DNA of 64,000 nt from Alkalispirochaeta sp. (GTDB lineage Bacteria; Spirochaetota; Spirochaetia; DSM-27196; Alkalispirochaetaceae). Numbering within the stretch: the first letter of the stretch is position 1; every line of letters begins with the position of its first letter. Below, piece after piece: positions 56,261 to 64,000 of this stretch. The notes below the pieces were generated by a model. The model ran no database searches. It saw only the letters and a list, made by a program, of their open reading frames with translations, and was not told where the DNA came from. The position numbers and the translations under genes were made by a program. Location: the NCBI GenBank assembly GCA_965601925.1, contig OZ271854.1, forward strand, positions 1,440,001 through 1,504,000, read 5' to 3'.

Positions 56261-57316
56261 CTAAATATCGACATCCACGAGATCGGGCGTCACGCGCCGC
56301 TCGTACTCCGCTAGAATTTCCTCGTACGTCGCAACAAAGTCGCGGTAGACCGGGTTGGCGGCGTCCAGGAAAAACCGACTGCGCATCTCTACGTATATGC
56401 CGCCCAACACGTACCTCCGCAATGAGAGCGCCGTGAGGGCGTAGTATCGCGTGTTAAAGGCGTGAATCGTCGCCTCGTTGCTGAGGGGAGTGATCTCCTC
56501 GCGGAGCGCATCGGCCTCGGCCGACTCCCGTCCGTGCGTATCGACGGCCGCCACGAGCTCCTCGTACTTCGCGTCGTATAGAGCCCTGGCATCGCGGTAC
56601 AGGGCGCGCGTCTCATCGAGCTGTCGGTAGTAGGCTTCAAGCTGCGTCTCGATACGGCGCAGGGCGCCGACCGGATCGTCGAGAAGATCCTCGGACTTCT
56701 GTTGGTTCCACGAGGAAAAATCGACGGCGCGGCCGATGATCTCGAAGGTCTCTCCCGGCGGCTCGCCGGGGGCCACCTCTACGCCCTGGTTGGCGGCTAC
56801 GTTCACCGACTCACCGGCGGAGGTGACCTCGACTTCGCCCGACTCGACCAGAAAGAGGCTGCTTCCGTCGGCGCCGGCGTAGACGGTAACCTCCGTACCG
56901 CGAATGCCGGCGACCGTCGAGGCGGTCCCGATGAGCGGTTCGTCACGTCCGATGACACGGTTGAACCGATACCGCACCGCGCCGGCGCTGTTGGTCATCA
57001 CCGTCTCGCGTCGACCCACCCGTTCCACCTCGCGTATGGTAAAGACCGTGTCGGCCTCGACCTGGATCGTCGCCCCTTCGCCCTGTTCCAACTCCACGTA
57101 GTCGATCACACCGGTGACCACACTGTCACCGACCTCCAACCCGGTGCCGAAATCGAGCCACTCCGTGGCGCCGGCGACGGTACGAAGCTCGGGCTCGCCC
57201 TCCAGATACACCACCTCGGCGTCATCCGCAACGAGGCTCGGCGTAACGATCACCATGAGCGCGGCCGCCGTGCGGAGGAGTGCTCGGTAGTTCATGCGAA
57301 TCCATCGAGGTCTCAT
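56261..57316 (-). CDS. FecR-domain protein with helical C-terminus
   Basis: GDSVVTG, TASTVAGIRGT, LVESGEVEV. Confidence 0.8.
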   Translation of the reverse strand: MRPRWIRMNYRALLRTAAALMVIVTPSLVADDAEVVYLEGEPELRTVAGATEWLDFGTGLEVGDSVVTGVIDYVELEQGEGATIQVEADTVFTIREVERVGRRETVMTNSAGAVRYRFNRVIGRDEPLIGTASTVAGIRGTEVTVYAGADGSSLFLVESGEVEVTSAGESVNVAANQGVEVAPGEPPGETFEIIGRAVDFSSWNQQKSEDLLDDPVGALRRIETQLEAYYRQLDETRALYRDARALYDAKYEELVAAVDTHGRESAEADALREEITPLSNEATIHAFNTRYYALTALSLRRYVLGGIYVEMRSRFFLDAANPVYRDFVATYEEILAEYERRVTPDLVDVDI

Positions 57317-57318
57317 CG

Positions 57319-57780
57319 TTAACCCTCCGTCGGCCCGGTGAAGCCGAATATCCGCGGCGTTCTGCCGTCGCGTTCCCCGGTTACAATCAAAAACGTTCCA
57401 TGAGTCGTACGCACCGTGGCAAGGCCGGCGTCTTCGGCGGCGTAGCGTTCAAACCACGCCCGTACATCCATGGAATCGCCGAAGGCGCGATACGTGTTCC
57501 CATCCACCGGGCCCACCTCCTGGACCGTCGCGGCGTCGAAGGCAAATCCCGCCTCGCGAAGATTCGTCCACATGGTGTTGAGGTCGCTCTCGAGGATGAC
57601 GATCTCGCCGTCAAACAGAAACGGACGAGCCGACAGTTCGGCGAGACGCTCGATACCGGCGGTGTTGAGCTCGCCTACGAGCGCCTCGACGCGTCCCTCC
57701 CGTTGGGATACGGGAACCGTGGCGCATGAGGCGAGAGCCGCCGCCATGGCCACAACGGCGATTGTGCGTGGGTATTTCAT
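57319..57780 (-). CDS. Hypothetical lipoprotein
   Basis: LASC lipobox; promoter TTGAAA-17-TATCCT just upstream. Confidence 0.75.
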   Translation of the reverse strand: MKYPRTIAVVAMAAALASCATVPVSQREGRVEALVGELNTAGIERLAELSARPFLFDGEIVILESDLNTMWTNLREAGFAFDAATVQEVGPVDGNTYRAFGDSMDVRAWFERYAAEDAGLATVRTTHGTFLIVTGERDGRTPRIFGFTGPTEG

Positions 57781-57822
57781 CTCACCAGAAGGATAGACCG
57801 CTCGCGGCGGAGTTTCAACAAT

Positions 57823-58701
57823 TCAATACGCGTGGAGGCTCCGATAGAGCAGATTAACGCCGAAAAGGGTGAACATCGCCGCGGCATACCCGGTCACCGA
57901 GAGCCAATGGCTCACACGGCCGCGTCCCCATTTCCGTATTCGGGCGTGGAGATAGAGCGAATAGACGATCCAGGTAACCAGAGCCCACGTCTCCTTGGGA
58001 TCCCAGCCCCAGTACCGTCCCCACGATTGCTGCGCCCAAATGGCACCGAATATGAGCGCACCGACGGTAAAGAGTCCATAGCCCACGGCGATACTACGGT
58101 ACACCAACAGATCCAGCGTGCGTTGCGAGGCGGCCGACGGACCGGTCGATTCGACGAGGGCTTCGCCGCGACGGCGTAGGCGACGATCGCGGATCAACCA
58201 GACGATACTCCCGACGAAGGCGACGGCAAAGAGCGCCTCGCCGAGAAAGGCGAGCACGATATGCAGCGGAAGCCAGACGCTGCGCAGCGCGGGCACGACC
58301 GGACCGACCGTGGTACGCACGAGGGGCGACGAGGCGATCCCGACGAGTACGAGGGCGAGCAACGAAGACCCGAGCGATATCGGACCCGAGACGGTATCGC
58401 CGCGCAAAGGCCCCCGCAGCTCCAGAAAGCCGACGACGCCCAAAATGAATGCGGCAAAGAGAACCAGGCTGTTCGATTGGCCGAAGATGGCGATGAATCC
58501 TATGGCGAAGCTGCGCAGGACGAGGACCGTCACGAACCCGATGGCGAGAACCATGCGGGCGACCCCTCCGATACGAGCGGGCGGGCGACCGCGCAGCACG
58601 CGAACTGCGTCAAAGACCAACAAGGCACCGAGCAAGATTGCCGAAAAGAGCGCGACCCTATTTGCCGCGGCAACGAGGCGGAGCGTCGTTTCAGGATTCA
58701 T
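57823..58701 (-). CDS. ccsA: Cytochrome c biogenesis system II heme lyase subunit CcsA/ResC
   Basis: LRSVWLPLH, GAIWA..SWGRYWGWDPKETW, YLH. Confidence 0.92.
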   Translation of the reverse strand: MNPETTLRLVAAANRVALFSAILLGALLVFDAVRVLRGRPPARIGGVARMVLAIGFVTVLVLRSFAIGFIAIFGQSNSLVLFAAFILGVVGFLELRGPLRGDTVSGPISLGSSLLALVLVGIASSPLVRTTVGPVVPALRSVWLPLHIVLAFLGEALFAVAFVGSIVWLIRDRRLRRRGEALVESTGPSAASQRTLDLLVYRSIAVGYGLFTVGALIFGAIWAQQSWGRYWGWDPKETWALVTWIVYSLYLHARIRKWGRGRVSHWLSVTGYAAAMFTLFGVNLLYRSLHAY

Positions 58702-59530
58702 CGGGAGACCTCCTGAGGGCGCGGTCCACGGTAAACCAGAAGAGCGCGGCGGTGAGTATTATGGAGCCGATAAGGACGATTACGGCGCCCGGGTCGCGTA
58801 CCAGCGTTATGACGGTACTCGGTACCTCGGTGGTTCCGACCACCACGAGTTCGCCGAACTGCTGACCGGTCACGACCGGGAAGCGCCCTCGTTCCGTTCC
58901 GCCGCGCGACCATACCAACTCGAAGTGTTCGTCCCCGCGCTCGAAAAGGTATACGTCCTCTCCGATTTGAAATCCTTCGTTCTCCGCCATCGTGTACTCC
59001 TCACCGTCGTCGGCCACCATGCGAACGACCGAAACGTACGCCCACGCCGTCTGATACACGGTGTATCGAGCGATCCGAAACGGACGGTTGACGCGTGTTT
59101 CCATCCGATATTGGTCCGCCGTTTCGCGATTCAATACGGAGAACCTCGATATCCAATTGTCGTCGGTCCGCTCGGTATCCTCAAGGGTAAGCTCGAATCG
59201 TTGTCCAAGCGTAAATCGGTCGCCGGGGGAGAGCTGCAACGCCTCTTCATGCCGTCCCGTGAGCGAGCCCACCCCGCCCAGCAGGAGGACGAGCAGACCG
59301 ATGTGGATCAGATCCGGTAGATAGTCGGACACGCGACGATGGGGATGACGAGCCAACCGATACACGGTACACGCGACGAGATTGATACCAAAGAGGATCA
59401 AAAGAGCCAAAAACACCGGGGACCGAAATCCCCACCCTGCAACGGTGGCAAGCGCCGCGTAGAGCGCTACTGTCGAAAGAAGCACTACCGTCAGCGTAAG
59501 GGAACGGAGGAACCGAAATGGACGCACCAT
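58691..59530 (-). CDS. resB: Cytochrome c biogenesis protein ResB/CcsB (short)
   Basis: SPVF..NLVAC, LIHIG, VNRPF..YQ, RDPG; coupled to ccsA. Confidence 0.82.
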   Translation of the reverse strand: MVRPFRFLRSLTLTVVLLSTVALYAALATVAGWGFRSPVFLALLILFGINLVACTVYRLARHPHRRVSDYLPDLIHIGLLVLLLGGVGSLTGRHEEALQLSPGDRFTLGQRFELTLEDTERTDDNWISRFSVLNRETADQYRMETRVNRPFRIARYTVYQTAWAYVSVVRMVADDGEEYTMAENEGFQIGEDVYLFERGDEHFELVWSRGGTERGRFPVVTGQQFGELVVVGTTEVPSTVITLVRDPGAVIVLIGSIILTAALFWFTVDRALRRSPDES

Positions 59531-61375
59531 TCAATCGTAATCGCCATCACAACCGTCCGGCAAGCGTCTGGGTACCCATGAGGCGACCACGATGCCGTCC
59601 GAGCTGGCTTTAGCGCGCCTCTTAATGAGGGATATCTCTCGCGCGAGCTCCAACATCGACAATGATGCGGCGTGGGGCGGGATCATGAGCACTGCGGCGC
59701 TTGCGGTAAGAAGGTCGAATCGCCGGTTCGTGCCGTCGCGATCCATCGCTTCGATGTACCCGCGCCTCACGTCGCGTTGGTCGTACACGCCTCTGACATC
59801 GTCGGTGAACTGCGACACGATACCGCGAACATCGTGCACCACACGCGCTAATGCCGCCTCGTCGCGCTCGAGGGCCAGAAAAAAATCGTCACCGCCGATG
59901 TGCGCCGCAAAATCGCCGACCGCGACGCTTCGAGTCTTGAGAATATCGGCAAACAGCTGAATCACACGGTCACCGACGCCAAATCCGTACGAATCGTTGA
60001 ACGGCTTAAAGGAGTCGAAATCGAAGTATACCAGCGCGTGCCATCGACACGTAGGTCGAAACGCCGTTGCCAGATGTTCGGCAATACTCGTATTGCCCGG
60101 CAGTCGCGAGAGGGGATTCTGATCGCGTGCGAAACTCAGTTCGCGCTCGTGGATGATCTGCAGCAATGGACGCGAGTCGAGGCATCCCAGATACTTGCCG
60201 TTCTCGGTAATGATGAGCGCTTCGGCGACGTCGTCGGAGGTTGCCAGTTCGAGAATACGATCGACGCGACTGTAAACCGACGCGATCGGAACGCGTTGCA
60301 CGTATCGGTACAGTCCGGAACCGTAAGAGCGGTTCATGAGCAGCGAGATACCGAACGGCGAGTATACATACTCCTTGAGGTCGTGCTCCCGCAACACTCC
60401 CACCGGCTCGCCGTGGCTGTTGACGACGGGAAGGAAACTCGCCTCCCGGTCGCGCCGAAACCGCCTGAGTACCTCCAGAACGGGCTCGTCCTGACGGATG
60501 GGCGGTATTCGGCGCAATCGATCGCGAAGTACGGCGGCGTCGCTTCGGTCCCGCCTGCGATCCTCGGCGGCGAGCTCATCGACGATCGGGTAGTGCGATC
60601 TCAGTTGCGCGACATCCAATTCGGGCTCACCGATGAGGTATCCTTGAATGTAATCGCACCCTATGTCGCGACACGTGTAGTACTCGGCAGGTTCTTCGAC
60701 TCCCTCGGCGACGACGCGGATTCCCATCGCGTGAGCCATGTTGACGAGATTTCGTACGAAGATACGCTTGGTTGCGTCGCGATCGATTCCCGATATGAAA
60801 AACCGATCCATCTTCACCACGTCGACTCCCGCCTGATAGAGAACCTGTAGTCCGCTGTATCCGGCGCCGAAATCGTCCAACGCCACCTGGATTCCCAGGC
60901 CGCGCAGTGCCGGCAGTTGTCCCGCGTCGTACGCCTGCTCCGGCAACGCGTTCTGCTCGGAAATCTCGAAGGTCACATTGTCCGTCGACAGTCCCGCGTT
61001 TCGTATCGAGGTAAGCAGCGCCCTGCATCCGTACTCTTGGAGAAAGACACGATTATCGAGGTTGAAAAACAAACGCTCCAGTCGCGTATCGTCGGACGCC
61101 GCCGGTGAACCGAGGTGAGCGATACCTTGGGTGAAAGCGTCGGCGGCGCGTTCCAGGAGCATTTGATTGACCTCGACGATGACGCCGTCTTCCGAGGCTC
61201 GATCGAAGAGATGGGGAATCGAGTCGAATCCGGCGCCGTTCCAGAAGCGAATTAACGCCTCAAACCCGACCGTCCGACCGCTCGAGGTGTTTACCACGGG
61301 CTGGAAGGCGTACTCCACTTCATCACAGATGGTGCGCCACGAGTCGAGAAGGTGCTCTTTTCGAACCAACGTCAT
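59531..61375 (-). CDS. EAL-CBS-GGDEF c-di-GMP protein
   Basis: FQP..EAL, DDFGAGYS, AEGVE, QGY; CBS pair; NPLSRLPGN, FKPFND.YG, HIGGDDF. Confidence 0.9.
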   Translation of the reverse strand: MTLVRKEHLLDSWRTICDEVEYAFQPVVNTSSGRTVGFEALIRFWNGAGFDSIPHLFDRASEDGVIVEVNQMLLERAADAFTQGIAHLGSPAASDDTRLERLFFNLDNRVFLQEYGCRALLTSIRNAGLSTDNVTFEISEQNALPEQAYDAGQLPALRGLGIQVALDDFGAGYSGLQVLYQAGVDVVKMDRFFISGIDRDATKRIFVRNLVNMAHAMGIRVVAEGVEEPAEYYTCRDIGCDYIQGYLIGEPELDVAQLRSHYPIVDELAAEDRRRDRSDAAVLRDRLRRIPPIRQDEPVLEVLRRFRRDREASFLPVVNSHGEPVGVLREHDLKEYVYSPFGISLLMNRSYGSGLYRYVQRVPIASVYSRVDRILELATSDDVAEALIITENGKYLGCLDSRPLLQIIHERELSFARDQNPLSRLPGNTSIAEHLATAFRPTCRWHALVYFDFDSFKPFNDSYGFGVGDRVIQLFADILKTRSVAVGDFAAHIGGDDFFLALERDEAALARVVHDVRGIVSQFTDDVRGVYDQRDVRRGYIEAMDRDGTNRRFDLLTASAAVLMIPPHAASLSMLELAREISLIKRRAKASSDGIVVASWVPRRLPDGCDGDYD

Positions 61376-61472
61376 CAGCACACCGGGACCGTATGATGAA
61401 GTGGTTAGAATTTCATGAAAAGCGACAATGCGCGCCGTTGCCAAATCGTCCGCGATTGAGTATCTCAAACGT

Positions 61473-61916
61473 ATGGTGACGTGGAACGATATAGAGACGA
61501 TGACCCGCACAGGCAATCCCGAGCCGGATCGACGGGTCGAGAAGAGTGACGCAGAGTGGAAAGCGACGCTTACCGCCGAGCAGTATCAGATAACGCGTCT
61601 ACGGGGCACCGAGCGCCCCTTCAGCTCGGAAATGTGCAGTCGGTTCGAGCCGGGGATCTACGCGTGCGTATCGTGCGGCACACGGTTATTCGACGCCGAT
61701 ACCAAATACGAATCCCACTCCGGGTGGCCGTCCTTCACGCAACCTATCGCGCCGAACGTCGTCGCGTATCACGCGGATCGCTCCCACGGCATGGTGCGCG
61801 TGGAGACGACGTGCAGCGTGTGCGACGCGCATTTGGGACACGTCTTTCCGGACGGCCCGCAGCCGACCGGGCTCAGATACTGCATGAACGCAATCGCGCT
61901 CAAGAAGGTCGAATAG
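61473..61916 (+). CDS. msrB: Peptide-methionine (R)-S-oxide reductase
   Basis: GTERPF, CVSC, SGWPSF, CSVCDAHLGHVFPDGP, RYCMN. Confidence 0.95.
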   Translation: MVTWNDIETMTRTGNPEPDRRVEKSDAEWKATLTAEQYQITRLRGTERPFSSEMCSRFEPGIYACVSCGTRLFDADTKYESHSGWPSFTQPIAPNVVAYHADRSHGMVRVETTCSVCDAHLGHVFPDGPQPTGLRYCMNAIALKKVE

Positions 61917-61936
61917 GCGCGAGATATCCGTCGGAC

Positions 61937-63484
61937 TTACTCGGACACGACGACTCGCATCGTCGCGTCGTGACGCGCGGATGACCGGTTTATCTCCCAA
62001 CGGACCGAGCAGACCGTGGAGAGAAACCGCTCGTCGTGGCTCACCAGTAGCAACGCACCACGATAACCGGTCAACGCCTCCTCCAGGACGCGAATGGCGT
62101 CCAAGTCGAGGTGATTGGTGGGCTCATCGAGTACTATCAGCTCGGGCTCGGACTCGAGGGCCGACGCCAGCATCAACTTTCGCGCCTCGCCCGGACTCAG
62201 CTCCGCCGAGTCCAGGAGCCGATCGGGGTTGGATCCAAGACGGCTGAATCTCGACAAGACCGCGCCCCGAAGCGCAGGAGATAGATCTCGGCACCGCTGG
62301 AGAAGGTCGCGCCCGGTCGCGACCGTGAGTTCCTGCGGCATATACAACAACGACGGCGCACCGGCCGACGAGTCGGCGTTGCGGCTCAACAGATGGGTCA
62401 ACAACGTACTCTTGCCGCTCCCGTTCGGGCCCGACAGCCCGACGCGGTCGGCCCCTCCTATTGCCGCCTCCGGGACATCGAGATACCGCCCGTCCCCCAA
62501 AGGTAGACGCGCCGCCGGTGTAGCGAGAAGTGTGTCACGGCGGCTCGTGCGACCCTCAACGGTGATGCCTCTCTTGGCCGGTCCCGTCCCGGAGTCGGCC
62601 GCGGAGGCCTCAGCATCGTTCCGCCTGTGGGCGAGGGCGCGTAACCGTCCGTCCAGCTGGCTTTGAAGCCGTCCGGCTTGTCCGTCCTTTCCCGTAAGGA
62701 TGGCCAGCCCGATCCGTGCGCGTCCGTCGCGGTCGCCGGGAGCGAGGTCGCGTTTGCTACGCTTGTGCAGTTGACGCGAGGCCTCCTCGCGACGACGTCG
62801 ATACTCCGCGCGGAGACGTTCCTCCTCTCGGAATGCGTCGCGCGCCGCTTTACGCGCAGAGTCGCGTTCCCGATCCTCCTCTGCAAGACCGTCGGTGACA
62901 CCTCCTGGGCGGAGGCGTACAGCGGCGGGACCCCGTACGAACAGGCACGCGCGGCACAACGTATCCAGCATCTCGCGGTCGTGACTCACAATGATGCCGG
63001 TACCCTCGTATCGCCTGAGGGCGTCGATGATACGTCGGCGACTCGCACGGTCCAGATGGTTTCCCGGTTCGTCGAGGAGGAGTACCGAGGAGTCGTGCCA
63101 TAGGGCGACTGCGAGTTGCGCACGCTTGCGCTCCCCGTGACTCAACGTCTCCCAGCGCCACGGCCAATCGTCCCCGACGCCGAGGATCGAGCGCACGCGC
63201 CCCGCGGCGGCGCCGGGCGCCCAAAGTAGCTCATCCAACCCGACGGGCGCGCTATCGGTGCGCTGCTCGAGAAGTTCGACCGACCCGTGTGTGGTGACAA
63301 CTCCGGATTGGGGAGCGAGCTCTCCGGCAAAAAGGCGTAGGAGCGTCGACTTACCGACACCGTTGGTCCCGACGATGCCGGTCCATCCCGGCTTCAAGTG
63401 CAGACTGACACCGGAGAAGAGCTCTTGGGGGCTATCGGGATACGAGAAAACGAGCGATTGAACGATAACGGCACTGCGATCCAT
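61937..63484 (-). CDS. ABC-F family ATP-binding protein (two NBDs, no TM)
   Basis: GTNGVGKST/LSHGE/LDEP..SHDR and GPNGSGKST/LSPGE/LDEPTNHLD..SHDE joined by a long charged helical linker. Confidence 0.9.
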   Translation of the reverse strand: MDRSAVIVQSLVFSYPDSPQELFSGVSLHLKPGWTGIVGTNGVGKSTLLRLFAGELAPQSGVVTTHGSVELLEQRTDSAPVGLDELLWAPGAAAGRVRSILGVGDDWPWRWETLSHGERKRAQLAVALWHDSSVLLLDEPGNHLDRASRRRIIDALRRYEGTGIIVSHDREMLDTLCRACLFVRGPAAVRLRPGGVTDGLAEEDRERDSARKAARDAFREEERLRAEYRRRREEASRQLHKRSKRDLAPGDRDGRARIGLAILTGKDGQAGRLQSQLDGRLRALAHRRNDAEASAADSGTGPAKRGITVEGRTSRRDTLLATPAARLPLGDGRYLDVPEAAIGGADRVGLSGPNGSGKSTLLTHLLSRNADSSAGAPSLLYMPQELTVATGRDLLQRCRDLSPALRGAVLSRFSRLGSNPDRLLDSAELSPGEARKLMLASALESEPELIVLDEPTNHLDLDAIRVLEEALTGYRGALLLVSHDERFLSTVCSVRWEINRSSARHDATMRVVVSE

Positions 63485-63766
63485 GCATCCTCCTCGCGGG
63501 AGGCCCCACAGCGGCGCCGTCTTTCGAAACCATCGAAAGGCGCTGTAATCGTTCGGTCCGGAACATCCACTACGGGATTGCCGAACGATGTAGTGATCAC
63601 ACAGTAATCACGACAAACGGCGCAAGCGGGGCGTCGGACAGAACTCGATCGGAGAGAAACATATCGGTTGACATGTATGGCCCGATCTTAGTTCCGAAAC
63701 ACTCCCGCTTACTCCTTTGATGAATATGATGGGCTAAATCATATCGTCGCTCGACGACCTCGACAA
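63485..63766 (-). promoter_or_regulatory. Promoter and structured leader with uORF MFRN (63688-63702)
   Basis: TTGTCG-17-TATGAT; AAAGGAG then GTG TTT CGG AAC TAA; several overlapping inverted repeats. Confidence 0.6.
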
Positions 63767-63889
63767 GCGGCAACCGTGCGTTTACGGCGACCTGACGCGT
63801 CCTCGCTCCGCCGAGGGAGCCTAAACGGAATAGCCGGTTACTTCAAAAAAAAATAGCTTTGCGACCGACTCAATGCGTATCATATTTCC

Positions 63890-64000
63890 GTGACCAATAC
63901 ACTACTATCGGGGCTGAGCAAACGGCTCGCTCGGACCAATGCGGTACGGTTAGTTTCTCTCGGGTATCTCACCTACATCGTCGTCGGCCTGCTGCTCCTC
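63890..64000 (+). CDS. Partial membrane protein, possibly TrkH/KtrB-type K+ uptake (runs off the window)
   Basis: MTNTLLSGLSKRLARTNAVRLVSLGYLTYIVVGLLLL resembles the first TM of TrkH/KtrB. Confidence 0.45.
   Translation, partial: MTNTLLSGLSKRLARTNAVRLVSLGYLTYIVVGLLLL

Noticed and set aside
61473..61916. Selenocysteine recoding in msrB
   Set aside because: The catalytic residue is an ordinary Cys (RYCMN); there is no in-frame TGA.
63394..63600. 68-aa ORF overlapping the ABC-F start as the leader peptide
   Set aside because: It has no SD; the short SD-bearing MFRN uORF near the predicted TSS is the better candidate.
63770..63853. c-di-AMP or other riboswitch upstream of the putative K+ transporter
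   Set aside because: ydaO consensus elements were not found, and the gene appears leaderless.

Overview
GC-rich bacterial chromosomal window, most likely from a free-living spirochaete (Spirochaetaceae-like). This is inferred from the FAGG-type solute-binding-protein signal peptides, the tandem TetR/RND/PG0541 operon and the CHASE2 cyclase architecture. The window is densely coding, with about 57 CDSs. Housekeeping genes include rpe, rlmE, map, class II RNR, icd, thyX, msrB, cheW and cytochrome c biogenesis system II. Transport loci are phnCDE-like, amino-acid ABC, LacI/GH32 sugar ABC, RND efflux, MFS and MscS. Signalling proteins are a CHASE2 cyclase, a PAS kinase and an EAL-CBS-GGDEF protein. 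I saw no rRNA, tRNA, CRISPR array, prophage or intact IS; a decayed IS91-family transposase lies at ~47.7 kb. The most interesting signals are non-coding or cryptic: (1) two apparent uORF-containing attenuator leaders in front of ribosome-related genes (RNHCP-rsgA and an ABC-F), (2) an ~150-nt highly paired 6S-like orphan RNA, (3) hairpin-preserving 30-nt repeats inserted in frame in an outer-membrane protein gene, plus a separate 45-nt repeat cluster, (4) a TolC-less RND operon led by a double-TetR gene with a probable ATC start, and (5) many probable leaderless genes. All assignments come from reading motifs by eye; no searches were run.
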